From contig PBWA01000038.1 in the NCBI GenBank assembly GCA_002728855.1, positions 2,838 through 66,837 of the forward strand: a stretch of 64,000 nucleotides of DNA, given 5' to 3'. The first letter of the stretch is position 1, and each line of letters opens with the position of its first letter. Positions 9,342-17,341 of the stretch are shown piece after piece. Origin of the DNA: Flavobacteriaceae bacterium (GTDB lineage Bacteria; Bacteroidota; Bacteroidia; Flavobacteriales; Flavobacteriaceae). Under the pieces are notes generated by a model, which saw only the letters and a list, made by a program, of their open reading frames with translations, did not search any database and had not been told where the DNA came from. Position numbers and translations under genes: made by a program.

Positions 9342-12300
9342 ATGAGAATTAGAATTTTTCTTTTCTTTACTTTATTAAATTTTACTTTTTTATCTGCTCA
9401 AGGCCTTAAAGCAGAAGGAAAGAAGATAGTTGATAAGAATGGAAATGAGGTTCTGTTAAGGGGAATGGGGCTTGGAGGATGGATGTTGATGGAAGGGTAT
9501 ATGATGCAATCCTCAGATGTTGCAGATACTCAACATGAGTTTCGTGAAAGACTGGAGGATTTAATGGGAATTGATAAGACTAACGCTTTTTTTGACAAAT
9601 GGTTAGAGAATCATGTCACAAAAGCAGATATTGACTCTTTATCTGCATGGGGTTTTAACAGTGTTAGATTACCAATGCATTATAATTTATTCACATTGCC
9701 AATTGAGCAGGAGCCTGTGGAGGGAGAAAATACATGGTTAGATAAAGGGTTTACAATTGTTGATGAATTGCTTCAGTGGTGTGAGGAAAATCAAGTTTAT
9801 CTAATTTTAGATCTTCATGCTGCACCTGGCGGACAAGGGGCCAATGCTGCCATATCTGATTATAATCCAGATTTACCCTCTTTATGGGAGAGTGATTTAA
9901 ATAAAAATAAGACTATTGCATTGTGGGAAAAAATAGCTGAACGCTATAAGGATGAAGAATGGATTGGAGGCTATGATCTATTAAATGAAGTGAATTGGGA
10001 AATGGAGAACGACAATGAAGACTTATTAAATCTTTACAAGGATATAACAAATCAGATTAGAACAGTGGATAATGATCATATTATTTTTATCGAAGGCAAT
10101 GGTTTCGCTAATGATTTTAATGGTTTAACTCCTCCTTGGGATAGCAACATGGTTTATAGCTTTCATAAATATTGGAGTGAAAATACTACTGAATCTATTC
10201 AGTGGGTGCTAGATATTAGAGAGGAAAATAATGTTCCATTATGGATGGGAGAAGCAGGAGAAAATTCAAATGTTTGGTTTACCGATGCGATCGAATTATT
10301 TGAAACTAATGATATTGGTTGGTCATGGTGGCCAATGAAAAGAATAGAAACAATTGTCGGACCATATTCTATTGATTTTACTGATGGTTACAAAAAAATA
10401 CTTTCGTATTGGAGGGGAGAAACTGAAAAACCTAGTGTCGATGAAGCTTTTTCTATCATGATTGATCTGGCAAGTAAGACTAACAGTAGTTTATGCACTT
10501 ATCAAAAAGATGTTCCAGATGCACAAATTCGACAAATTAAAACTGATCAAACCATTCCGTATAGTTTACATCAAATTCCTGGTATTATTTTCATGTCTGA
10601 CTATGATCTTGGGAGAAACGGCATTGCCTATTATGATGTTGACAGTGCAAATTATCAACAATCATCTGGATATTTTCAGTCGTGGAATTCCGGTTGGGTT
10701 TATCGAAATGATGGTGTTGATATAGAAAAAAATACGGACAATATTAATAGTAATGGATTTCATATTGGATTTATAAATAGGGGAGAATGGTTAAATTATA
10801 CTTTATCAGTCTCAGAAACAGGTGTTTATAGCATGAATGCAAGAATTGCTTCAATTGAAGATGGTGGAGAATTTCATATTGAAATGGATGGAGAAGGGGT
10901 TACAAGATCTCTGAGTGTTGAAAGTTCAAGCGGATGGGATCAATTTATAAGCCAATCCTATAATGATATATTTTTAGAAAAGGGAAATCAAACATTAACC
11001 ATTAAATTCAGTGGAAAAAAGGCTTTTAATATTTCTAGTTTAGAGTTTAATAAAACAGGAAATTCAAATGATATTGATTTTACTATTTTAAATGCTACTG
11101 CATTAATGGACGGCAAAAGCATTCAAGTTTTGCTCAATCAAAACATTGATAAAACAACTCTCGAATCCAGTTTACAAGACTTTTCTTTATTAGTAAATAA
11201 TGAGGAAATAACTTTCGATGAGTTTGTCTTATATGATGATAAAAAAAGAACATTTACATTAAAGCTTTCATCTCAATTAAGTTATGATGATCAAATTAGA
11301 TTAAATTATTTTGGACAATCTATTAAAAATAATGATGGATTATTACTTGAGAACTTTTCTTCATTTAAAGTGCTTAATAATATCCCCCAGTTATTTAATG
11401 TCCCAGGAATAATTCAAGCCGAGGGATATTTTAATATGTATGGTATTGAAACTGAGATAACTTCTGATAGTGGAGGTGGCTTAAATATAGGGTATACTCA
11501 TCCAGGAGATTATGTTGATTACTTGGTTGAAGTGGAAGCAGATTATGAATATGATATAAAATTGCGCGTAGCAGCAGAATCTAACTCTGGAAGAGTAGTT
11601 TTTTATGCAGTTTCTGATCAAGGGGAAGAAACTCGTCTTTCAGAGATATTACTGCCAGTAACTAATGGATGGCAAAATTGGGTTGATGTTAACAGCTCAA
11701 TTCTCCTACTTAAAGGGAACTATACTCTTAGGATGAAGGTAATAAATGGTGACTTTAATATGAATTGGTTAGAACTTACATATCCTGATTCTGATCATGA
11801 TGGTGTTAATGACACTTTAGATCAGTGTCCAAATACTTCAATTATTTCAAGTGTTGATCAATCGGGTTGTCCACTTGATCCGATTGCACTTAACAATTTT
11901 TCTCTTAAAGTTTTAAACGAGACATGTTCCTCTAGTAATAACGGAAAAATATTTATTAACTCTTTATCAAATGAAACTTTTGTTGCTAATTTAGATATTA
12001 ATGGATCGATAGTCTCCAAGACTTTTAATTCCGAGGTTAATTTTTCCTCTCTTCAAGCTGGAAATTATTCTCTGTGCATTAACAAAGAAGCCTATCCCTC
12101 AGTAAAACAATGTTTCAAAGTTGTTCTGAACCAACCTAGTTTACTGTCTGTTAATTCTTATGTAAATCCTGATACTTATGAGCTTTCACTGGATTTAAAA
12201 GGAGCAGAGATATATTATGTTACACTCAATGGAACAGAATATAAAACTTCTGAAAATAAATTGATTCTCCCCTTGTCAAATAACAAAAACATAATCACTA

Positions 12301-12590
12301 TTAAAACAGATCTAGAATGTCAGGGGACTTTCAAAAAGGAGATGATATTAGACAATATTCCTAAAATATACCCAAATCCTATTTTTGATAATTTTTTAAA
12401 TATAAAAATGGGATATTCAAATCTTGAAAAGTCACTAATTCAAATTTATGATTTGAAGGGAATCCTAATTTACCAAGAAAAGATAAATGGATCAACTAAA
12501 ATTAATTTTTCATTAATTCCAAAGGGTATTTATATTTTGAGAATAAATAAAAATCAAAAGGGTTTTAATTATAAAATAATTAAAAAATGA
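9342..12590 (+). CDS. GH5 glycoside hydrolase (beta-glucanase) with two CBM6-like modules, a TSP3-like Ca-binding motif and a T9SS C-terminal sorting domain
   Basis: 'LLNEVNWE' (acid/base Glu) and 'LWMGEAGE' (nucleophile Glu). CBM6-like 'GIIQAEGYF...GGGLNIGYTHPGDYVDY...NGWQNW'. 'DSDHDGVNDTLDQCPNT'. C-terminal 'KIYPNPIFDNFLNI...GIYILRINK' is TIGR04183-like. Confidence 0.85.
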   Translation: MRIRIFLFFTLLNFTFLSAQGLKAEGKKIVDKNGNEVLLRGMGLGGWMLMEGYMMQSSDVADTQHEFRERLEDLMGIDKTNAFFDKWLENHVTKADIDSLSAWGFNSVRLPMHYNLFTLPIEQEPVEGENTWLDKGFTIVDELLQWCEENQVYLILDLHAAPGGQGANAAISDYNPDLPSLWESDLNKNKTIALWEKIAERYKDEEWIGGYDLLNEVNWEMENDNEDLLNLYKDITNQIRTVDNDHIIFIEGNGFANDFNGLTPPWDSNMVYSFHKYWSENTTESIQWVLDIREENNVPLWMGEAGENSNVWFTDAIELFETNDIGWSWWPMKRIETIVGPYSIDFTDGYKKILSYWRGETEKPSVDEAFSIMIDLASKTNSSLCTYQKDVPDAQIRQIKTDQTIPYSLHQIPGIIFMSDYDLGRNGIAYYDVDSANYQQSSGYFQSWNSGWVYRNDGVDIEKNTDNINSNGFHIGFINRGEWLNYTLSVSETGVYSMNARIASIEDGGEFHIEMDGEGVTRSLSVESSSGWDQFISQSYNDIFLEKGNQTLTIKFSGKKAFNISSLEFNKTGNSNDIDFTILNATALMDGKSIQVLLNQNIDKTTLESSLQDFSLLVNNEEITFDEFVLYDDKKRTFTLKLSSQLSYDDQIRLNYFGQSIKNNDGLLLENFSSFKVLNNIPQLFNVPGIIQAEGYFNMYGIETEITSDSGGGLNIGYTHPGDYVDYLVEVEADYEYDIKLRVAAESNSGRVVFYAVSDQGEETRLSEILLPVTNGWQNWVDVNSSILLLKGNYTLRMKVINGDFNMNWLELTYPDSDHDGVNDTLDQCPNTSIISSVDQSGCPLDPIALNNFSLKVLNETCSSSNNGKIFINSLSNETFVANLDINGSIVSKTFNSEVNFSSLQAGNYSLCINKEAYPSVKQCFKVVLNQPSLLSVNSYVNPDTYELSLDLKGAEIYYVTLNGTEYKTSENKLILPLSNNKNIITIKTDLECQGTFKKEMILDNIPKIYPNPIFDNFLNIKMGYSNLEKSLIQIYDLKGILIYQEKINGSTKINFSLIPKGIYILRINKNQKGFNYKIIKK

Positions 12591-13879
12591 ATCGCAGAAT
12601 ATATATACTAGCCAGCTTTTTGACACTTTTTTTAGTAGGATGTTCAAAAGAGACTGATGAAGATATTCCGGTTGTCATTACTCCATCAAGTACAGTTTTA
12701 ATCTTTCCTGAGAATAATTCAGAATGTAACGAAGGAAAAGTAATTTCAGAGACAGAGAGTATTGTTAATTTCAGATGGGAAGCTTCTCAAAACACAGACA
12801 AATATCTTCTTAATGTTAAACTAGTTGAAGATGGATCAGTTCAAACAATAACAACAACATCTCTCGAAGCAGATGTAACTCTTAAAAGGGGAAAGACTTA
12901 TCAATGGCATGTTGTTTCAAAAAAAGATGGCGTCTCTATAACTGCGGAAAGTCCGGTTTGGTCATTTTATAATGCAGGTATTGCATCTGAAAATAATCTC
13001 CCGCTTCAAGCTGAATTAGTATACCCATCATCTGGATCAACTGTTTCTCCTTGTTTAATTGTTTTGGAATGGAATTCGGGTGATATCGATAATGAAGTTT
13101 TAACATATGAGATTTTATTGGATGATTCTTATCCCCCCACTAATCTTATTGGTTCCACCTCAGATAATACATATTCTACTTCAATAGATGGGAGAAAAAC
13201 GTATTATTGGCAAATAATTACAGTTGATCAAAGCGGAAGTAAATCATATTCAAATATTTTTTCATTTAGCGTAGAACCTCTAACAGGTAATTGCTCTGAT
13301 GATTCTTCCTCTAACTCTGGTAATCTAGTGAAAGACAGTGAGATGAATGATACAGGATTTTGGAATTATAAACAACTTTGGACTGAATCAGACAATGATG
13401 TCAATCATGGGTTTGTTAATGGAGAATATGCTTTTAGAAGTGCTCAGGGCGTTACTTATTCTAATGCAATTATTTGGCAAGAAATTCAAGTAGAGACTGA
13501 CGTGGCATATAAATTTGATCTTTATTTGCGAAGTAATGGAACATCAAATTCTTGGTTTGAAGTATATTTTGGCAGTGTTCCAATTGATGGAGGAAACGCA
13601 GATGACTATATTTCAAATGGAGCTCAGATCTATGTGAAAAGTTTTGGTGAAAACGAAAATTGCGGAGTTAACTCTTTTGAAGGATCTATCTTTGATGTTG
13701 TTACAGATGGTTGTCCAATTCCCTCAGAATCTTTACTTGATTCAAGCGGCAATTTGACTTTTCCTGCTTCTTATTTAACATCTGAAGGAACAATATATCT
13801 TGGAATTAAAGCTGGAAATTACAATGGTAATTTTGGATCTGGAATTTTTATAGATGACGTTGTATTATTTAAAAATTAA
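12587..13879 (+). CDS. Surface lipoprotein with two Fn3/Ig-like repeats and a C-terminal jelly-roll (CBM-like) domain; tentative glycan-binding protein
   Basis: Lipobox 'LFLVGCSKE'. Internal repeat ('GKTYQWHVVS' / 'RKTYYWQIITV'). ATGA overlap with the GH5 gene suggests co-translation. Domain calls are tentative. Confidence 0.6.
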   Translation: MNRRIYILASFLTLFLVGCSKETDEDIPVVITPSSTVLIFPENNSECNEGKVISETESIVNFRWEASQNTDKYLLNVKLVEDGSVQTITTTSLEADVTLKRGKTYQWHVVSKKDGVSITAESPVWSFYNAGIASENNLPLQAELVYPSSGSTVSPCLIVLEWNSGDIDNEVLTYEILLDDSYPPTNLIGSTSDNTYSTSIDGRKTYYWQIITVDQSGSKSYSNIFSFSVEPLTGNCSDDSSSNSGNLVKDSEMNDTGFWNYKQLWTESDNDVNHGFVNGEYAFRSAQGVTYSNAIIWQEIQVETDVAYKFDLYLRSNGTSNSWFEVYFGSVPIDGGNADDYISNGAQIYVKSFGENENCGVNSFEGSIFDVVTDGCPIPSESLLDSSGNLTFPASYLTSEGTIYLGIKAGNYNGNFGSGIFIDDVVLFKN

Positions 13880-13893
13880 GTCAGATGAAATAT

Positions 13894-13926
13894 AAAAAAA
13901 CCCCTTTTTTACAGGGGTTTTTTGTT
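13894..13926. terminator. Bidirectional Rho-independent terminator between convergent genes
   Basis: AAAAAAACCCCT-TTTTTAC-AGGGGTTTTTTG: a GC stem flanked by an A-run and a T-run. Confidence 0.7.
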
Positions 13927-13950
13927 TAGAATTACACTATTAGATTTTGA

Positions 13951-14880
13951 TTAATTTTGATCAAATAGACTTCCATTATAATATGCAACCTGTCGAATAA
14001 TTTTCCCTTTATCATTAAATGAGTGGCTGAAATGACAGAAAACTCTAAAGACTTTACCAGATTTTTTGTTTTTAAATCTAAATGTCCACCATGAAATTGT
14101 TTCTGATCCATTGCCTTCATAATCAAGTAGATCTGGATAACCGTATTCATCGATACTGATTAAGTCAAAATTAGACAAAGTATTTTCAAAGCCTGCTCTG
14201 TTTTCTTCAATGGATTGGGAGCTTCCTATTGGTGAGTTTATATCTGAAAAACGAGCATTTTCATCATAGAAAGAGTATGCACTATCGTGATCTCCCATTT
14301 CAAAAAAAGAAATTACCTTTCTCAAAGTTCTTATATTTTCATGATCCTTATAAATTGTTCCGTTTTTAATTGTTTCAAAGGATAGATTATATTTTTGCAT
14401 TAACCTAGTATTGTAATTGATTATCATTGCAGCAATTTTGTCTCCTTTTTCATTCAATATAAATGATCTATCATAGGGCATTTCAATTTTAAACCCGTTG
14501 TTTTTGTCAATTCCATGAAAAACGTCATAAGTATATACCCATGTTCCTGATCGTTTGTATTCAAGAGCATCTGGATACGAAGCTCCCCTTTTATTGATAG
14601 AGTAGTTCATCAATGAAGACTTCCAATATTTTGATTGATTAATTATATTTTGTTTTGTTGAAAAATTTTGATCTTTATTCATCCATTCACCATTGTAAGC
14701 TTTAAAGTCATCTGTCAATAATTCATTTAAGACAGCTTCATCAGCATCTACAAATGCTTTGTTAAATCTTTCAACTAGTTCAATTCCTGGATGTTCGTCG
14801 AAGATTTTGCCATTTGGATTTTTTTGAGCATAAACATAAAAAGTGCTAGTAAAAAGTAGAAGTAAAATTATTTTTTTCAT
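13951..14880 (-). CDS. Secreted protein, possibly tandem NTF2/SnoaL-like domains
   Basis: Signal peptide MKKIILLLLFTSTFYVYAQ. 'FNKAFVDADEAVLNELLTDDFKAYNG' resembles a SnoaL-like N-terminus. The family call is weak. Confidence 0.45.
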   Translation of the reverse strand: MKKIILLLLFTSTFYVYAQKNPNGKIFDEHPGIELVERFNKAFVDADEAVLNELLTDDFKAYNGEWMNKDQNFSTKQNIINQSKYWKSSLMNYSINKRGASYPDALEYKRSGTWVYTYDVFHGIDKNNGFKIEMPYDRSFILNEKGDKIAAMIINYNTRLMQKYNLSFETIKNGTIYKDHENIRTLRKVISFFEMGDHDSAYSFYDENARFSDINSPIGSSQSIEENRAGFENTLSNFDLISIDEYGYPDLLDYEGNGSETISWWTFRFKNKKSGKVFRVFCHFSHSFNDKGKIIRQVAYYNGSLFDQN

Positions 14881-14956
14881 TTTAATTTGATTTAGTTATA
14901 AATATAGGTTATACAGCAAATATACTATTATACATTTCTTTTAAACAATGGATCTC

Positions 14957-15054
14957 TAAAAAAGGTACTTCCACCTCAGTTTCCACCTCACAAAAAAAAG
15001 ACCCCTAGTGTTTATAGGGGTTTTCAGAGATAGTTGCGGAGAGAGAGGGACTCG
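14957..15054. repeat. Left copy of a 98-bp imperfect direct repeat, ending in a truncated 3' fragment of tRNA-Ser (att-like)
   Basis: Hand alignment to 16329-16426 gives 91/98 identical. Contains tandem TTCCACCTCAG/TTTCCACCTCAC, an A8+ACCCCTA..TAGGGGT hairpin, then TGCGGAGAGAGAGGGACTCG (the last ~18 nt of the tRNA), after which similarity stops. Confidence 0.85.
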
Positions 15055-15175
15055 TCCCTTTGTTTTCTTTTCTTTTATATTTTATTGTTTTCTCCCATAT
15101 TTACTACTAAAATAAAGCTTTTTCCGTTATAAAGTAAAATAATATAAAACAATAATTGATAATTATTGACTATAT

Positions 15176-15198
15176 TTCGACCTCAGTTTCGACCTCAC
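15176..15198. repeat. Third, isolated copy of the tandem motif TTCGACCTCAG-TTTCGACCTCAC
   Basis: Exact 23-nt match to 16341-16363. Copy A (14969-14991) carries C instead of G in both half-sites. Confidence 0.7.
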
Positions 15199-15529
15199 CT
15201 AAAATGGGATTTTATTTAAAAAAAAGTGGAATTATTAATTTTGAAGTTTATTTACCTTCTTGACAAAACTGAGCAGACCAAAACTAAATTTTTTGTAAAG
15301 ATTCTAATCGCTTTTGGAATCTTTATTGGATTGAGAATTTTAGAATATTTTATAACCATTAAATGGTAAAAGCCAGTTGTCAATAAAGGGTATGGTTTAT
15401 TGTGAATCTGTGATATTTGTACACTTATTTTATTACAACAACTTAAAATCCCCTCTTGTTTTTAATAAATTAAATTACATAAACTTATCTGTTAATTTCT
15501 CAAATGCTTAACTTTAAAATAAAACTTTT

Positions 15530-16054
15530 ATGACTACTTCATATTTGTGTGTTGATGAAAATGGTTTTCATTCAATTATTTTAAAACATAACTTTAATGA
15601 TTTTACTTATTTACTCTCATTGGACTACACTGGAGCTCAGTTTTTAGGGAAATTTTCATATGATGAGGAATATTCTGCCAAAGGGGTCTTTTCTTATTCT
15701 TATGGTTCACAAGAATGGGAGAAGAAAATTTCAAGTGTAATGTTTGATGAGTCTAGTAAATATTTCAAGGTTGAAACTGAGGACTTATTTGAATTTTTTA
15801 ATACTGATGATACTAAAATTATGTTTAAGTTAATCGATGAATTATCAAAATACGTATACCATGGTTATGATGAGGATACGGATACAGAATATGAGAACCC
15901 TATTATTAAAGAAATTGATTTTGATTCCCTAAAAAAAATAAAGGATAATCATTTTTGTTCAAATCAATGGGATAATGAGTTTATGGAATTAACTAATTCC
16001 AACATATGGGAGTTATCATTAAAATTTCCTGATTTATTGGATGAATATTTGTAA
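15530..16054 (+). CDS. Hypothetical acidic protein, 174 aa, no recognisable family
   Basis: The only long ORF inside the repeat-bounded segment. No signal peptide, no TM segment, and no motifs I recognise. Confidence 0.6.
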   Translation: MTTSYLCVDENGFHSIILKHNFNDFTYLLSLDYTGAQFLGKFSYDEEYSAKGVFSYSYGSQEWEKKISSVMFDESSKYFKVETEDLFEFFNTDDTKIMFKLIDELSKYVYHGYDEDTDTEYENPIIKEIDFDSLKKIKDNHFCSNQWDNEFMELTNSNIWELSLKFPDLLDEYL

Positions 16055-16062
16055 AATTAAAT

Positions 16063-16269
16063 TCATACCGTCCAAGGCCACCTCCATACGCAGGCATATA
16101 CAGAGTATACAGTTGGCAGAAGATTTAAAATATTTGGAACTCAGGTAGGCTGTGGAATAGATTTTGATTCTTATGCAATGGCTTATGCAAAAGCAGGTAA
16201 AAAGCCTGCCGTTGGAGTAGCTATAATTTTAGGAGGCCATACTCCAATTAATTGCCTAATGGATCTATA
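16063..16269 (+). pseudogene. Start-less open frame (68 codons, ...YTVGRRFKIFGTQVGCGIDFDSYAMAYAKAGKKPAVGVAIILGGHTPINCLMDL*), possible gene remnant
   Basis: Visibly GC-richer than its flanks. The frame is open from just after the upstream stop, but the only ATG is 30 codons from the end. No family recognised. Confidence 0.25.
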
Positions 16270-16328
16270 AAAAAAATAGTGAAAAAAACAACCCTTCATG
16301 TACCCCGAGTGGTAGTTGAGTGGTAGCT

Positions 16329-16426
16329 TAAAAAAGGTAGTTCGACCTCAGTTTCGACCTCACAAAAAAAAGACCCCAAGTGTTTATAGGGGTTTTCAGC
16401 TATAGTTGCGGAGAGAGAGGGATTCG
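16329..16426. repeat. Right copy of the 98-bp direct repeat, overlapping the 3' end of the intact tRNA-Ser
   Basis: See 14957-15054. Here the repeat continues into a full tRNA. Confidence 0.85.
16364..16395 (-). terminator. Terminator-like hairpin downstream of tRNA-Ser
   Basis: Minus-sense ACCCCTATAAACACTTGGGGT followed by CTTTTTTTT. The stem is shorter than in the duplicated copy at 14992-15024, which has a perfect 7-bp stem. Confidence 0.6.
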
Positions 16427-16493
16427 AACCCCCGGAGGTTTGACCCTCAATGGTTTTCAAGACCACCGCATTCGACCACTCTGCCATCTCTCC
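16409..16493 (-). tRNA. tRNA-Ser (anticodon UGA), class II with a long variable arm; CCA not encoded
   Basis: Hand fold of GGAGAGA-TG-GCA-GAGTGGTCGAA-TGC-G-GTGGT-CTTGAAA-ACCAT-[TGAGGGTCAAACCTCC]-GGGGG-TTCGAAT-CCCTC-TCTCTCC-G, 85 nt. Confidence 0.9.
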
Positions 16494-16501
16494 TGAGAGT
16501 G

Positions 16502-16509
16502 CAAATATA
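16502..16509 (-). promoter_or_regulatory. Candidate -7 box TATATTTG for tRNA-Ser
   Basis: Fits TAnnTTTG and ends 8 nt upstream of the mature tRNA 5' end. Confidence 0.45.
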
Positions 16510-16566
16510 AATTAATTATTTATTTGGTTTTTGATTTAACAATAAATTTAAGATCAAGCATTTTCA

Positions 16567-16574
16567 TACTTTTG
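16567..16574 (+). promoter_or_regulatory. Candidate -7 box TACTTTTG for the tauE-like gene
   Basis: Fits TAnnTTTG. It lies only 8 nt before the GTG start, implying a near-leaderless mRNA or a different start. Confidence 0.4.
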
Positions 16575-16582
16575 TATAACCT

Positions 16583-17341
16583 GTGATAAATGAAACCCTT
16601 TACTATTTAATTCTTTTTTCTGTTGGATTTATTGCCAGTATAGTTAATACTTTAGCTGGAGGTGGATCTTTACTTACACTTCCTGTACTTATTTTTTTAG
16701 GACTTCCATCAAATGTAGCCAATGGAACTAACAGGATACTAATTTTAATCAACAGTATAGTTGGAACTGCTGGCTACAAAAGCAAGGGAGTTTCTACATT
16801 CCCATTTAATATTTATCTTGGAATTAGTGCTCTTTTTGGAGCGATCATAGGAGCTGAGATAGCTATTGAGATGAAGGCAGAGATTTTCAATAGAATCCTA
16901 TCAATTGTGATGATAATTTTTGGTTTGATAATTATATTAAAGAGAAATTATGACATTGAAACAATTACAGAGAGAGTAACTGGAAAATATTTTTGGATTT
17001 CAATCATTGCATTTTTTTTTATTGGAATTTATGGCGGTTTTATTAATGCTGGTATTGGAATTGTTATAGTAATTTTTTTGAATGTGATTAATCGTATGAC
17101 GCTCATCAGGGCAAACGCAACAAAAGTTGCATTAATATCAGTTTATACTTTGGGAGCACTAATTCTTTTCGCAATTAATGGAAAGATAGATTGGATTGCT
17201 GGTTTTTGCATGGCAGCAGGGAGTTTGTTTGGCGCCTGGTGGTCTAGCCGTTGGTCAGTAAAAAAAGGAGATAATGTTATTAAAATAGCAATGCTAATAA
17301 TGGTTATTGTTATGTCAGTAAAACTTTGGTTTTTTAGTTAA
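16583..17341 (+). CDS. TauE/SafE family anion exporter (DUF81) membrane protein
   Basis: 252 aa, multi-TM, 'LAGGGSLLTLPVLIFLGLP..ANGTN'. GTG start. Confidence 0.8.
   Translation: MINETLYYLILFSVGFIASIVNTLAGGGSLLTLPVLIFLGLPSNVANGTNRILILINSIVGTAGYKSKGVSTFPFNIYLGISALFGAIIGAEIAIEMKAEIFNRILSIVMIIFGLIIILKRNYDIETITERVTGKYFWISIIAFFFIGIYGGFINAGIGIVIVIFLNVINRMTLIRANATKVALISVYTLGALILFAINGKIDWIAGFCMAAGSLFGAWWSSRWSVKKGDNVIKIAMLIMVIVMSVKLWFFS

Larger units (their letters stand above)
15055..16328. mobile_element. Candidate decayed or satellite tRNA-Ser-associated islet (1274 bp) bounded by the 98-bp repeats; no integrase present
   Basis: Bracketed by duplicated tRNA 3' ends. Holds one orphan ORF, a third copy of the tandem motif and a GC-richer start-less frame. 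This interpretation is an inference. Confidence 0.3.

Noticed and set aside
6365-10725. Same-strand alternative-frame ORFs 6365..6553, 6893..7078 and 10462..10725
   Set aside because: They are embedded in the DUF1080, GH3 and GH5 genes in other frames, with no independent support.
15204-15263. 19-codon ORF MGFYLKKSGIINFEVYLPS, reminiscent of the N-termini of Bacteroidota tyrosine integrases (…FYLKK…), directly after repeat copy B
   Set aside because: It is far too short, and I could find no integrase-like continuation in any frame downstream. I mention it only as a weak hint for the islet hypothesis.
16296-16487. 63-aa minus-strand ORF from the track
   Set aside because: It is a translation through the tRNA-Ser gene and its terminator, not a protein gene.
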